From positions 138,635-202,634 of the forward strand of contig CAYPQV010000001.1 in the NCBI GenBank assembly GCA_964412955.1: a DNA stretch of 64,000 nucleotides. The letters run 5' to 3'. Source of the DNA: an uncultured Hyphomicrobiales bacterium (GTDB lineage: Bacteria; Pseudomonadota; Alphaproteobacteria; Rhodospirillales; 2-12-FULL-67-15). Shown here piece after piece: positions 1 through 12,860 of the stretch (the first letter of the stretch is position 1; each line of letters opens with the position of its first letter). Below the pieces are notes generated by a model. That model was given only the letters and a program-made list of their open reading frames with translations, was not told the origin of the DNA and did no database searches. A program made the position numbers and the translations under genes.

Positions 1-372
1 GTCCTGTCCTCATGGCAGGCGCTGACCGATTATCTGCGCGTGGTCATGGCGCGCGAGCCGCGCGAGCAGTTTCGCGTGCTGTTCCTCAACCGCAAGAACA
101 CGCTGATCGCCGACGAGGTCCAGGGCCGGGGCACCATCGACCATACGCCGCTTTATCCGCGCGAGGTGGTCAAGCGCGCGCTTGAGCACGGCGCGGCGGC
201 GCTGATCCTCGTCCACAACCACCCGAGCGGTGATCCAACCCCCTCCCGCGCCGACATCGAGATGACCCGCGAGGTCAGGGACGCCTGCGCCAAACTCGGC
301 ATCCAGCTCCACGACCACCTGATCGTCTCCAAGCACGGCACCGCGTCGTTTAAGACGATGGGGCTTCTTTAA
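1..372 (+). CDS. radC: DNA repair protein RadC, C-terminal part (5' end lies outside the window)
   Basis: The frame-1 ORF is open from base 1. The translation contains the JAB/MPN-type motif '[22 protein letters not shown]' typical of RadC. Confidence 0.85.
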   Translation, partial: VLSSWQALTDYLRVVMAREPREQFRVLFLNRKNTLIADEVQGRGTIDHTPLYPREVVKRALEHGAAALILVHNHPSGDPTPSRADIEMTREVRDACAKLGIQLHDHLIVSKHGTASFKTMGLL

Positions 373-376
373 CGCC

Positions 377-1039
377 ATGAGCAAATTCACCCCTCTCGAC
401 GAGCGCCTGCACGATTACCTGGTCGCGGTCGGGACGCGCGAGCATCCGGCCCTCGCCGCCTTGCGCGCCGAAACCGCGACCATGCCCAAGGCGGGCATGC
501 AGATTTCCCCCGACCAGGGCGCGTTCATGCAGTTCCTGGCGCGGACGTTGGACGCGCGGGCGTACCTGGAAATCGGCGTGTTCACGGGCTACAGCTCGCT
601 CGCGGTCGCGCTGGCGCTCCCCGCCGACGGGCGGATCACCGCCCTCGACGCGAGCGCCGAATGGACCGCCGTCGCCAGGCGCTATTGGGCCGAAGCGGGC
701 GTCGCCGGGAAAATCGATCTCCGCCTCGGCGCGGCGGCCGATTCCCTCGACGCGTTGCTCGCCGAGGGCCGCGCCGGCACCTACGACTTCGCCTTCATCG
801 ACGCCGACAAGGAAAACTACGAGTTGTATTTCGAGCGCTGCCTCGCGCTCGTGCGCCCGGGCGGCGTGATCGCCGCCGACAACGTGCTGTGGGACGGCGC
901 GGTGATCGACCCCAAGGACACCGACGCCGACACCGAAGCGATCCGCGCCTTCAACCGCGCCCGCCACCGGGACGAACGCATCGATCTCAGCCTGGTGCCC
1001 ATCGCCGACGGGCTGACGCTGGCCCTGAAGCGCGGCTGA
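377..1039 (+). CDS. Class I SAM-dependent O-methyltransferase (caffeoyl-CoA OMT-like)
   Basis: 220-aa ORF with the SAM-binding 'LEIGVFTGYSSL' segment plus 'FDFAFIDADKENY' and 'GGVIAADNVLW', which are typical of family-3 O-methyltransferases. Confidence 0.85.
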   Translation: MSKFTPLDERLHDYLVAVGTREHPALAALRAETATMPKAGMQISPDQGAFMQFLARTLDARAYLEIGVFTGYSSLAVALALPADGRITALDASAEWTAVARRYWAEAGVAGKIDLRLGAAADSLDALLAEGRAGTYDFAFIDADKENYELYFERCLALVRPGGVIAADNVLWDGAVIDPKDTDADTEAIRAFNRARHRDERIDLSLVPIADGLTLALKRG

Positions 1040-1065
1040 TCGCTGAGAATCACTTAATTAATTGG

Positions 1066-2055
1066 TCACTGGGGCGCGAATTCGGGGAAGGCGCGCTTCA
1101 GGTTGCGCTCGATGCGTTCGCGCGTCGGAAGCTCGGGCTCGACCGGGACGAATTCCTGGCCGGTCATCTGCTCGTAGAGGCGCACGTACTTGGCGCTGAA
1201 CTCGGCCAAGGTCGCTGCCGGGATTTCCGGGATCGGCTCCTTGTAGGGATCGCAGCGCGCCGCGATCCAAAGCCGCAGGAACTCCTTGTCCAGGCTATCG
1301 GGTTCGAGTCCCCGGCCCGCGCGCTCGGGATAGGTATCGGCGATCCAGTAGCGGCTGGAATCGGGCGTGTGGATTTCGTCGGCGACGCGGAGCCTGCCTT
1401 CGCGGTCGAGGCCGAATTCGTATTTGGTATCGACCAGGATCAGCCCTTGCGCGGCGGCGAGATCCCGCCCGCGCCGGAACAGCGCCATGCCTAGACGTTC
1501 GATCTCGCGCCAGCGATCGGCGGACACCAAGCCGCGCGCGACGATGTCGGCGGCCGCGATCGGCATGTCGTGGGCGGTCGCGCCCGCTCCCTTGGTGGTC
1601 GGCGTGATCAGGGTCGCGGGCAGGCGCTGGTTCTTCTTCATGCCGTCGGGGAGCGCGTGGCCGTAAACGACGCGCGCGCCCTGCGCGTACTGGGTCCAGA
1701 TGCTGGTGGAGGTCGCGCCGGTGAGGTAGTCGCGCACCACCACCTCGACCGGGATCATGTCGAGCCTGAGCCCGACCGTCACGTTCGGGTCCGGGTAGGC
1801 GAGCACGTGGCTCGGGCAGATGTCGGCGGTGGCGTCGAACCAGTAGCGCGCCGTCTGGGTCAACACCTGGCCCTTGAATGGAACCGCCGCCAGCACCTGA
1901 TCGAACGCCGATTGGCGGTCGGTCGCGATCATGATCCGCCGGCCGTCGGGCAGGTCGTAGGAATCGCGCACCTTGCCGCGCTGGAACGCGGGCAGCCACG
2001 GAAAGTGGGCATCGGTCAGGCAGCGGCCGAGGCCGCCCAGATAATCGATCGCCAT
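1066..2055 (-). CDS. purC: SAICAR synthase, long-form paralog
   Basis: The translation 'GKVRDSYDL...IMIATDRQSAFD...LILVDTKYEFG...ADEIHTPDSSRYW' matches the SAICAR synthase fold. The start is set at MAIDYLGG (ATG at 2055) rather than at the upstream end of the ORF. Confidence 0.8.
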   Translation of the reverse strand: MAIDYLGGLGRCLTDAHFPWLPAFQRGKVRDSYDLPDGRRIMIATDRQSAFDQVLAAVPFKGQVLTQTARYWFDATADICPSHVLAYPDPNVTVGLRLDMIPVEVVVRDYLTGATSTSIWTQYAQGARVVYGHALPDGMKKNQRLPATLITPTTKGAGATAHDMPIAAADIVARGLVSADRWREIERLGMALFRRGRDLAAAQGLILVDTKYEFGLDREGRLRVADEIHTPDSSRYWIADTYPERAGRGLEPDSLDKEFLRLWIAARCDPYKEPIPEIPAATLAEFSAKYVRLYEQMTGQEFVPVEPELPTRERIERNLKRAFPEFAPQ

Positions 2056-2122
2056 GCGCGCTCCCAAACTGAAACGACTCCGTTGTTGCTCCGCGCGGGC
2101 ACCGCCGTTAGGTTCGCCCACC

Positions 2123-3352
2123 ATGCCCGCCCTGACCCGCACGCTTGCGGCTCGCGTGTTCGTGCCGTTCGCGGTCGGCTATTTCCTTTCCTACCTGGGC
2201 CGGGTTGTCAACGCCGTGCTGGCACCGCGCCTGATCGCCGAGTTCGACCTCGGCGCGGCCGACCTCGGCTTCCTGACCAGCGTCTATTTCCTGGCGTTCG
2301 CCGCGTTTCAACTGCCGCTCGGCATTCTGCTCGACCGGTTCGGGCCGAAGCGGGTCGAGGCGGCGTTGATCCTGGTCGCGGCCCTCGGCGCCTTTTGGTT
2401 CGGGATGGCCGACGGGCTGGCCGGGCTCGCCTCGGGCCGCGCCCTGATGGGGCTCGGCGTGTCGGCCTGCCTGATGGCGCCCTTCACCGCCTACCGCATC
2501 TGGTTTCCGGCGGCGCGCGTGCCGCTCGCCAACGGCCTCCTGATGTCGTGCGGCGGCCTCGGCGCGATCGCCGGCACGGTGCCGGTCGAGGCGGCGGTCG
2601 GGCTGGTCGGCTGGCGCGGCGTGCTGATGCTCTACGCGATCGCCATCGTCGCCGCGGCGGTCTTGATCTATCTGATCGTTCCCGACGACGGCCGCACCGG
2701 CGAGCCGCCGCCGCTCGCCCGCCAGTTGCGCGAACTGGCGGGCATCCTGCGCGATCCTTTGTTCGTGCGCGTGGTCGGCTCGACCGCGCTGGTCCAGGGA
2801 TCGTTCATCGGCCTGCAAAGCCTGTGGGTCGGCCCGTGGCTCGCCAACGCCGCCGGGCTCAAGGGTCCGGCGGTCGCGGACTATCTGTTCTGGATCGCGT
2901 TCGGCATGACCGCGGGCTATGCCGCCATGGGCGCGATCGCCGACCGGCTGGCGCGCTTCGGCGTCGCCGCGCACACGGTCGCGCTGGCGGCGACGCTGGG
3001 CCTGCTCGCGACCCAGGGCGCCATCGTCCTGTTACCGCCCGCCGACGCCGCGCCGCTCTGGGTCCTGTTCACGTTCCTGGGCGCCTCCAACGTGTTGTGG
3101 TATTCGGCTTTCTACCAGAGCTTCCCGCTCGAGATGGCGGGGCGCGCCGCGACCGCGTTCAACGTCTCGGTCTTTCTCGGCACGTTCGCCTGCCAATGGG
3201 GCGTCGGCGTGATCGTGGATTTCTGGCCGCGCGGCGGCGACGGATCCTACCCGCCCGAAGCCTACCGCGTCGCGTTCGCGGCGCTGCTCGCGGCCCAGAC
3301 CGCCGGGATCGTCTGGTACCTGCTCAATCGACGAGGAAAATTCCGCGCCTGA
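2123..3352 (+). CDS. MFS transporter
   Basis: About 409 aa and hydrophobic throughout, with roughly 12 predicted TM stretches. The N-terminus 'FAVGYFLSYLGRVVNAVLAP' and 'LGILLDRFGPKR' form an MFS loop 2-3-like motif. The start is chosen at the ATG at 2123. Confidence 0.8.
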   Translation: MPALTRTLAARVFVPFAVGYFLSYLGRVVNAVLAPRLIAEFDLGAADLGFLTSVYFLAFAAFQLPLGILLDRFGPKRVEAALILVAALGAFWFGMADGLAGLASGRALMGLGVSACLMAPFTAYRIWFPAARVPLANGLLMSCGGLGAIAGTVPVEAAVGLVGWRGVLMLYAIAIVAAAVLIYLIVPDDGRTGEPPPLARQLRELAGILRDPLFVRVVGSTALVQGSFIGLQSLWVGPWLANAAGLKGPAVADYLFWIAFGMTAGYAAMGAIADRLARFGVAAHTVALAATLGLLATQGAIVLLPPADAAPLWVLFTFLGASNVLWYSAFYQSFPLEMAGRAATAFNVSVFLGTFACQWGVGVIVDFWPRGGDGSYPPEAYRVAFAALLAAQTAGIVWYLLNRRGKFRA

Positions 3353-3353
3353 A

Positions 3354-4358
3354 TCAGGGCAGGGTCAGCGGCGCGGTCGCCGGGCCGTCCGCCTCGAAAC
3401 CCTGGACCCAGAGCGTCCCGCGCCGGGCGTTCGCCACCACCGCCGCCCGGGTGGTGCGGTTGAGAACCGGCTCGATCACCCAGCCGAAACCGTCGGGGGC
3501 GCGGCGCTGCATCTCGGTCAGCGTTTGCGCGCGCTTGACGCTGTCCGCGCCGCGCGCGCGCCCCGGGCGATGGAAGGATTGCCAGTGGTTGGCGGCGCAC
3601 GCGGGCGATTCGCGCACGCTCGCGTCGGTTTCGGTGCGCTCGATGGTGCAGCCTTCGTCCGCGCCGGTGCCGCTCAAGGTGAAAAACGCGGGCAGGCAGA
3701 TCGGCGTTTCGATCAGCGCCGCGCGCGCCTCGGCGTAGGTGCGGCAGGTGTCGAACACGCGGCGCAACAGGTGCGCGGGCGGCAGCGCGGCGCTGACGGC
3801 GAGGCGCACGCGCCCGACCGCCCAATCGAACCAGCACGACGGCGTGTAGCGCGGCATCGGCGGCTGGTTGAGGGCGGCCGCGAACCGGCCGGGGGCCATC
3901 GCGGTGGCGATCCCGGCGAATCCCGGCCAGGTGACGTTGAAATAGTCGCCCGCCGTCCCGCTCTGCCGGGCGACGACGAGCGCGCGGCCGAGACCGTCGA
4001 GCGGCCAGTCGAGGGTGCGCAGCATCCGGTTGCCGTCACCCGTGGGATCGGGCGCGACGCCGGTGGTGCAGGTCCACTCGAACGAAAGATTGAGAAGATA
4101 GGCGCCCGCGCGCCCCAAGCGCGCGGCGACCGCGTCGATCTCCGGCAGGTAGGGATTGTTCGCGCGCACCAGCCATTGCCGCGAGAGCGCGTCGCCGGCC
4201 GTAAGCGCGATCCGGCCGTAGTGCCCGTCGGCCGCGGCGAGGATCACGCCGAAGCGCTCGGGCGCGGCCGCCGCGAGCGCGTCGGCGCCGTCGCCGCCGA
4301 TATCGAGAAATGGAATCGGCGCCGGAAGTTTGGAGACGAAGGCGAAACTGTCGTGCAT
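3354..4358 (-). CDS. Acid ceramidase/NAAA-like Ntn hydrolase (linear amide C-N hydrolase superfamily), putative
   Basis: 334-aa ORF with high GC3. The segment 'EWTCTTGVAPD...NRMLRTLDWPL...NVTWPGFAGIATAMAPGRFAAALNQ' resembles the Cys-nucleophile region and following strands of acid ceramidase/NAAA-type enzymes. No signal peptide is evident. Confidence 0.5.
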   Translation of the reverse strand: MHDSFAFVSKLPAPIPFLDIGGDGADALAAAAPERFGVILAAADGHYGRIALTAGDALSRQWLVRANNPYLPEIDAVAARLGRAGAYLLNLSFEWTCTTGVAPDPTGDGNRMLRTLDWPLDGLGRALVVARQSGTAGDYFNVTWPGFAGIATAMAPGRFAAALNQPPMPRYTPSCWFDWAVGRVRLAVSAALPPAHLLRRVFDTCRTYAEARAALIETPICLPAFFTLSGTGADEGCTIERTETDASVRESPACAANHWQSFHRPGRARGADSVKRAQTLTEMQRRAPDGFGWVIEPVLNRTTRAAVVANARRGTLWVQGFEADGPATAPLTLP

Positions 4359-4456
4359 GCGCGATCCGAGCGGCGGAGCGTCCGGGAAAGGCCGATTTCC
4401 TCCGCCGGGGATATGTTCTAGGATGTTCGCCCCACCGAATCCAGGACGCCGTTCCG

Positions 4457-5794
<1,338 letters not shown>

Positions 5795-6130
5795 TTACTT
5801 CCTGCCCTGTTCCTTGGCGATCTGATCGAGGGCGGCGGCGTGGCAACGCCGCATTTCCTTTTCGACCTCGGCGCGCGCCAGGACGACTTTCCGCGCTTCC
5901 GCGTCCTTCATGATCTTGTCGAGCAGGTCGTCGTGCCCGGGCTTGTCCAGATCGGCGATGGCCAGTTCCTTGCCGTAGGCCTGGCGTTGTTCGGCGGACA
6001 TGCCGAACCGCTCGCCGACCCATTCCGCCAGCATCTTGTTGCCGCGCGACGTGGCCTTGAATCGCAACTCCTCGTCGAGCTTGAACTTGGCCTCATAACC
6101 CTTTTCGCGTTCGTTGAAGATGTCGGCCAT
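5795..6130 (-). CDS. DUF1476 protein / F1-ATPase inhibitor zeta subunit family
   Basis: The 111-aa C-terminal part of a longer ORF. '[33 protein letters not shown]...[10 protein letters not shown]' aligns by eye with the Paracoccus zeta subunit pattern (F.DRE..EAKF..D.EL.FKA..R.N.LL.EW...D.DEPG). Confidence 0.85.
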   Translation of the reverse strand: MADIFNEREKGYEAKFKLDEELRFKATSRGNKMLAEWVGERFGMSAEQRQAYGKELAIADLDKPGHDDLLDKIMKDAEARKVVLARAEVEKEMRRCHAAALDQIAKEQGRK

Positions 6131-6241
6131 CGGCGGCTCCGCTGAAAGGTGGGGATCGTTCGCGCGCCGGAAATGTATGGCCCCCCGGCGGGGGTTGCAA
6201 CGGGCATGGTGCGCGCGCGAATCGCGCCGTAACATCGCCCC

Positions 6242-6988
6242 ATGTGCACCGTCGTCGTCCTGTTCCGGCCCGGCCACGCCTGGCCGCTGATCCTCGCCGC
6301 CAACCGCGACGAGATGATCGACCGGCCGTGGCGCGCGCCCGGCCGCCACTGGCCCGACCGGCCGCGCGTGGTCGCGGGCCGGGACGAACTCGCGGGCGGG
6401 ACTTGGCTCGGGCGCAACGACCAGGGCGTCGTCGCCGCGATCCTCAACCGGCCGGGCTCGCTCGGCCCCCGGGCCGGCAAGCGGAGCCGGGGCGAGCTGC
6501 CGCTCATGGCGCTCGATCACGCCGAGGCGCGCGATGCCGTCGACGCGCTCGTTCGTCTCGACGCGCGCGCCTACCGCACCTTCAACATGGTCGTCGCCGA
6601 CCGCCGATCCGCGTTCTGGCTTCGCCGCGCCGAGGAAACGGAAACGGTCGAATCGTTTCCCGTCCCGGAAGGTCTCTCGATGATCACCGCGCACGATCGC
6701 AACGATTCCGCCTCGGCGCGCATCCGGCATTACCTGCCGCTGTTCGCCGACGCGCTCCCGCCCGACCCCGGCGCGGGCGACTGGGCGGAGTGGCGCGCGC
6801 TGCTCGCGAGCGGCGAGACGGCGCCCGGCGCCGGCCCGCGCGAGGCCATGTTCATCGCGCCCGACGGCGGCTACGGCACGGTGTCGTCCTCGCTCGTCGC
6901 GCTCGCCGCGAACGAGGCCGATGCGCCGGTTTGGCTGTTCGCGTCCGCCCATCCGAATCCCACCCCGTTCGCGCCCGTCACCTCTTAG
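6242..6988 (+). CDS. NRDE family protein (TANGO2/DUF833-like)
   Basis: It starts 'MCTVVVLF' and contains the 'LILAANRDE' motif that names the family. Confidence 0.85.
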   Translation: MCTVVVLFRPGHAWPLILAANRDEMIDRPWRAPGRHWPDRPRVVAGRDELAGGTWLGRNDQGVVAAILNRPGSLGPRAGKRSRGELPLMALDHAEARDAVDALVRLDARAYRTFNMVVADRRSAFWLRRAEETETVESFPVPEGLSMITAHDRNDSASARIRHYLPLFADALPPDPGAGDWAEWRALLASGETAPGAGPREAMFIAPDGGYGTVSSSLVALAANEADAPVWLFASAHPNPTPFAPVTS

Positions 6989-7116
6989 GCGCGACGCGGA
7001 AAGGCTCGGAATCCGCCCGGATTCCGGCCGTCGCGGACCATTTGTTTTCGCGGGGACCCCCTGCTATACCAGCGTCGTTCAGCCGCGATTTCCGCCTTTC
7101 CAACCCCGGCCCATCC

Positions 7117-7881
7117 ATGACCCGGCGCAGACGCATTTACGAGGGCAAGGCCAAGGTCCTGTTCGAGGGGCCCGAGCCCGGAACCCTGGTCCAGTACTTC
7201 AAGGACGAAACCGCCGTCGACGGCGAAGACAAGCCTTCGGTCGTCACCGGCAAGGGGGTCCTCAACAACCGGATTTCCGAATACCTGATGACGCGGCTGA
7301 ACGAGATCGGCGTGCCGACCCATTTCGTGCGCCGCCTCAACATGCGCGAGCAACTGGTGCGCGAAGCCGAAATCATCCCGATCCAGGTGGTGGTGCGCAA
7401 CGCCGCCGCCGGCTCGCTCGCCCAGCGCTTCGCCATTGCCGAGGGCACGGCGCTGCCGCGTTCGGTGGTCGAGTTCTATTACAAGGCCGAGAACGGCCAG
7501 CGGCCGATGGTGTCGGAAGAACACATCACCGCCTTCGGCTGGGCCGCGCCCGAGGACCTGGACGAGATGATGAACCTCGCGCTGCGCATCAACGATTTCC
7601 TTTCGGGGCTGTTCCTCGGCATCGGCCTCAAGCTGATCGACTTCAAGGTCGAATTCGGCCGCCTGTGGGAAAACGACTACATGCGGATCATACTCGCCGA
7701 CGAAATCAGCCCGGACAATTGCCGGCTGTGGGACATCAAGACCAACGAGCGGTTTGACCGCGACCGGCTGACCCGCGGCCAGGGCCCGGTCGAGGAAGCC
7801 TACCAGGAAGTCGCCCGCCGGCTCGGCATCCTGCCCGAAGGCGGCCCGCGCGACCTCAAGGGCCCCAAGGTGATGCAGTAA
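7117..7881 (+). CDS. purC: SAICAR synthase, canonical short form
   Basis: '[12 protein letters not shown]', '[10 protein letters not shown]' and '[10 protein letters not shown]...[15 protein letters not shown]'. It sits immediately upstream of purS and purQ. Confidence 0.95.
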   Translation: MTRRRRIYEGKAKVLFEGPEPGTLVQYFKDETAVDGEDKPSVVTGKGVLNNRISEYLMTRLNEIGVPTHFVRRLNMREQLVREAEIIPIQVVVRNAAAGSLAQRFAIAEGTALPRSVVEFYYKAENGQRPMVSEEHITAFGWAAPEDLDEMMNLALRINDFLSGLFLGIGLKLIDFKVEFGRLWENDYMRIILADEISPDNCRLWDIKTNERFDRDRLTRGQGPVEEAYQEVARRLGILPEGGPRDLKGPKVMQ

Positions 7882-7909
7882 CCCTCTCGAATAAGAAAGA
7901 GCCAGCGTC

Positions 7910-8152
7910 TTGAAGGCCCGCATCCACGTCACGCTCAAGAACGGCGTTCTCGATCCGCAAGGCAAGGCGATCGGGCACGCGCTCGCCGGCCTCGGCTTCG
8001 CCGGCGTCGGCGAGGTCCGCCAGGGCAAGTTCATCGAACTGGAGCTGGCCGAACGCGACGCGAAACGCGCCCGCGAATCGGTCGACGCCATGTGCCGCAA
8101 GTTGCTCGCCAACACCGTGATCGAGAACTACACGATCGAGATCGCCGACTGA
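7910..8152 (+). CDS. purS: FGAM synthase subunit PurS
   Basis: 80 aa with a TTG start. '[24 protein letters not shown]' is the PurS signature. Its stop overlaps the purQ start (TGATG). Confidence 0.9.
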   Translation: MKARIHVTLKNGVLDPQGKAIGHALAGLGFAGVGEVRQGKFIELELAERDAKRARESVDAMCRKLLANTVIENYTIEIAD

Positions 8153-8841
8153 TGCGCGCCGCCGTCATCGTCTTTCCCGGCTCCAATTGCGACCGCGACG
8201 TCCAGGTCGCGCTCAAGCAGAGCATGGGCCGGGAGCCGGCGATGGTCTGGCACCGCGACACCGACCTGCCCGAGGTCGACCTGATCGTGCTTCCCGGCGG
8301 CTTTTCCTACGGCGACTACCTGCGCAGCGGCGCCATGGCCGCGCGCTCGCCGGTGATGCGCGAAGTGATCGCGCGCGCGAACAAGGGCGTGCCGGTGCTC
8401 GGCATCTGCAACGGCTTCCAGGTGCTGGCCGAAACCGGCCTCCTGCCCGGCGTCCTGATGCGCAACGCCGGACTCAAATTCATTTGCCGCGACGTGTGGC
8501 TCAAGGTGGAGACCGCCGACAGCCTGTTCACCGGCGGCTACGCCAAGGACCAGGTGATCCGCATTCCGGTCGCCCACGCCGACGGCAACTACTTCGCCGA
8601 CGCCGAAACCCTGAAGCGCCTCGAAGCCGAAGGCCGGGTCGCCTTCCGCTATTGCGACGAGCGGGGCCGCGTCGCCGCCGACACCAACCTCAACGGCAGC
8701 CTCGGCAACATCGCCGGGGTCCTGAGCGAGAAGCGCAACGTGCTTGGCCTGATGCCGCACCCCGAGCGGCTGGCGGACGCGGAGCTCGGCGGCACCGACG
8801 GGCGCGCCATGTTCGACCACTTCGTCCGCGTTCTCCACTAG
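8152..8841 (+). CDS. purQ: FGAM synthase glutaminase subunit PurQ
   Basis: '[12 protein letters not shown]', '[12 protein letters not shown]', 'GICNGFQVL' (nucleophile Cys) and 'LMPHPER'. Confidence 0.95.
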   Translation: MRAAVIVFPGSNCDRDVQVALKQSMGREPAMVWHRDTDLPEVDLIVLPGGFSYGDYLRSGAMAARSPVMREVIARANKGVPVLGICNGFQVLAETGLLPGVLMRNAGLKFICRDVWLKVETADSLFTGGYAKDQVIRIPVAHADGNYFADAETLKRLEAEGRVAFRYCDERGRVAADTNLNGSLGNIAGVLSEKRNVLGLMPHPERLADAELGGTDGRAMFDHFVRVLH

Positions 8842-8868
8842 ATTTCCGAATTCATGACGACCAATATA

Positions 8869-8968
8869 CCCCCCACCCTGGCCCTCCCCCGCAAGGGGGG
8901 AGGGAAAAGATTTGTGAATCAATTTCTCACCCCCTCCCCCTCGACGGGGGAGGGTTGGGGTGGGGGTG
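8869..8968. repeat. Inverted pair of G/C-tract hairpin units (REP-like intergenic element)
   Basis: Two units of the form CCCCCACCC-N3-CCCTCCCCC-loop-GGGGGAGGG lie in opposite orientation. The hairpins are at 8882-8904 and 8932-8954. The unit tails at 8869-8881 and 8955-8968 are reverse complements of one another. Confidence 0.6.
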
Positions 8969-8985
8969 ATTAAGACGAGACTCTT

Positions 8986-9765
8986 GTGCTGATCCCGCTG
9001 CACGACGAAAACCCGCTGCGCCACATCCGTTTCCAGTACGTCACGGTGGCGATCATCGCCGTGTGCGTCGCCGTGTTCCTCTACCAATCGACGCTCGACG
9101 CCCGCGCCGAGCGGGTGTTCGTGATGAGCTACGGCGCGATCCCGGCGGCGGTGTTCGGGCTGGTTGAGCGCGGGACCGAAATCGCCGCCATCCCGCCGTC
9201 CGCGACGCTGCTGACCAGCATGTTCCTGCACGGCGGGTTCATGCATTTGGCCGGCAACATGCTGTTCCTGTGGGTGCTCGGCGACAACGTCGAGGACGCC
9301 ATGGGCCATACGCGCTACGTCGCGTTCTATCTGCTCTCGGGCCTCGCCGCGGCGCTGGCGCACGCGGGATTGGAGCCCGCCTCGAAGATTCCGATGATCG
9401 GCGCGTCGGGCGCGATCTCGGGCGTCATCGGCGCGTACCTGATCTTGCATCCCAAGGCGCCGATCAAGACGCTGGTCCTGCGCATGATCGTTTACCTTCC
9501 GGCCTGGGTGGTGCTGGGCCTGTGGTTCGCGTTCCAGCTGGTCAACGTGGCGATGACGCCGAAGGGCTCAGGGGGAGTCGCGTGGTGGGCGCACATCGGC
9601 GGCTTCGTCGCCGGCGCGATCATGATCTTCTTCTTCCGCAAGCGCGACGTGAAGCTGTTCGACCGGGGCTACGTGCCGAAAGCGCGCCCCGGTAGGGGCG
9701 CATCTTCTGATGCGCGCGGGGATTCGCCCGCGCGCCGCCGTTCCATCATCCCGAATTCGGAGTAG
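8986..9765 (+). CDS. Rhomboid family intramembrane serine protease
   Basis: Multi-TM protein with '[15 protein letters not shown]' and the catalytic '[13 protein letters not shown]...H' motifs. GTG start. Confidence 0.85.
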   Translation: MLIPLHDENPLRHIRFQYVTVAIIAVCVAVFLYQSTLDARAERVFVMSYGAIPAAVFGLVERGTEIAAIPPSATLLTSMFLHGGFMHLAGNMLFLWVLGDNVEDAMGHTRYVAFYLLSGLAAALAHAGLEPASKIPMIGASGAISGVIGAYLILHPKAPIKTLVLRMIVYLPAWVVLGLWFAFQLVNVAMTPKGSGGVAWWAHIGGFVAGAIMIFFFRKRDVKLFDRGYVPKARPGRGASSDARGDSPARRRSIIPNSE

Positions 9766-9769
9766 GCCG

Positions 9770-11965
<2,196 letters not shown>

Positions 11966-11987
11966 CGACACTTCGAGGTTGACGTCC

Positions 11988-12221
11988 ATGCCGATGGCGG
12001 CGGTTGAAATCGAGCGGCTGATCAAGCAAGGCATTCCCGACGCCAAGGTCACGATCGAGGATTTGCGCGGCGACGGCGATCATTACGCCGCCCGCATCGA
12101 ATCCGCGGTCTTCAAGGGCAAGTCGCGCGTGCAGCAGCATCAACTCGTCTACCAGGCGCTGCAGGGCCGCATGGGCGGCGCGCTGCACGCGCTGCAACTG
12201 ACCACCGTCGCCCCCGACTGA
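11988..12221 (+). CDS. BolA family protein
   Basis: 77 aa. 'DLRGDGDHYAARIESAVFKGKSRVQQHQLVYQAL' is a BolA-type pattern. It is adjacent to a monothiol glutaredoxin gene, which is the usual partner. Confidence 0.85.
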   Translation: MPMAAVEIERLIKQGIPDAKVTIEDLRGDGDHYAARIESAVFKGKSRVQQHQLVYQALQGRMGGALHALQLTTVAPD

Positions 12222-12248
12222 TCCGAATCGTCCGCAAAGGAAATTGCC

Positions 12249-12587
12249 ATGAGCGAACCCGCCGTCTTCGCCCGCATCCGCGAGGAGATCGCCGAGAACC
12301 CCGTCACCCTGTTCATGAAGGGCTCGCCGATCTTTCCCCAATGCGGCTTCTCCGCCGCCGTGGTCGGCGTGCTCAGCCACATGAACGTCAAGTTCAAGGG
12401 CATCGACGTGCTCTCCGACCAGGACATCCGGGAAGGCATCAAGGCCTTCTCCAACTGGCCGACCATTCCGCAGCTCTACGTCAAGGGCGAGTTCGTCGGC
12501 GGCTGCGACATCGTGCGCGAGATGTACGAGTCGGGCGAGTTGCAGAAGCTCCTCAAGGACAAGAACGTGCCGTTCGCCGACGCGTGA
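12249..12587 (+). CDS. grxD: Monothiol glutaredoxin (Grx4 family)
   Basis: 'VTLFMKGSPIFPQCGFS' (CGFS active site) and 'WPTIPQLYVKGEFVGGCDI'. Confidence 0.95.
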   Translation: MSEPAVFARIREEIAENPVTLFMKGSPIFPQCGFSAAVVGVLSHMNVKFKGIDVLSDQDIREGIKAFSNWPTIPQLYVKGEFVGGCDIVREMYESGELQKLLKDKNVPFADA

Positions 12588-12615
12588 ATCGCGCCGGAAC
12601 GTCCGCGCGGACATA

Positions 12616-12647
12616 GGGGCCCCGGCCCAAACCGGCGGCCCTTTTTG
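12616..12647 (+). terminator. Putative intrinsic terminator after grxD
   Basis: A GC-rich imperfect hairpin GGGGCCCCGG...CCGGCGGCCC is followed by TTTTT (12642-12646). Confidence 0.5.
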
Positions 12648-12860
12648 TCGGCCATAACCGCGGTTTTCCGCTGGTCGGAAACCGGCCCGGGTGCTATAGA
12701 GCCGTCCCACGAGTGCGCCGGACGATCCCATCCGGGCGCGACGGTTGCCGCCACACGACGGCCTTCGCCGCTACCTTCGTCGCCCCCGCATTCACGCTTT
12801 CACATGGCACGGCTTTGAAACCGACCGGGCGGTCGGTTTTGCTTCATTTGGAGGATTCGC

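Noticed and set aside
1570-3738. 722-aa plus-strand ORF
   Set aside because: It overlaps purC-long (antisense) and is out of frame with the MFS gene. The sequence is Arg-rich with no motifs, so it is a shadow ORF.
8187-8969. 260-aa plus-strand ORF ending in 'PLPLDGGGLGWG'
   Set aside because: It is an alternative frame of purQ that runs into the G/C-tract repeat. The peptide tail is just the translated hairpin element.
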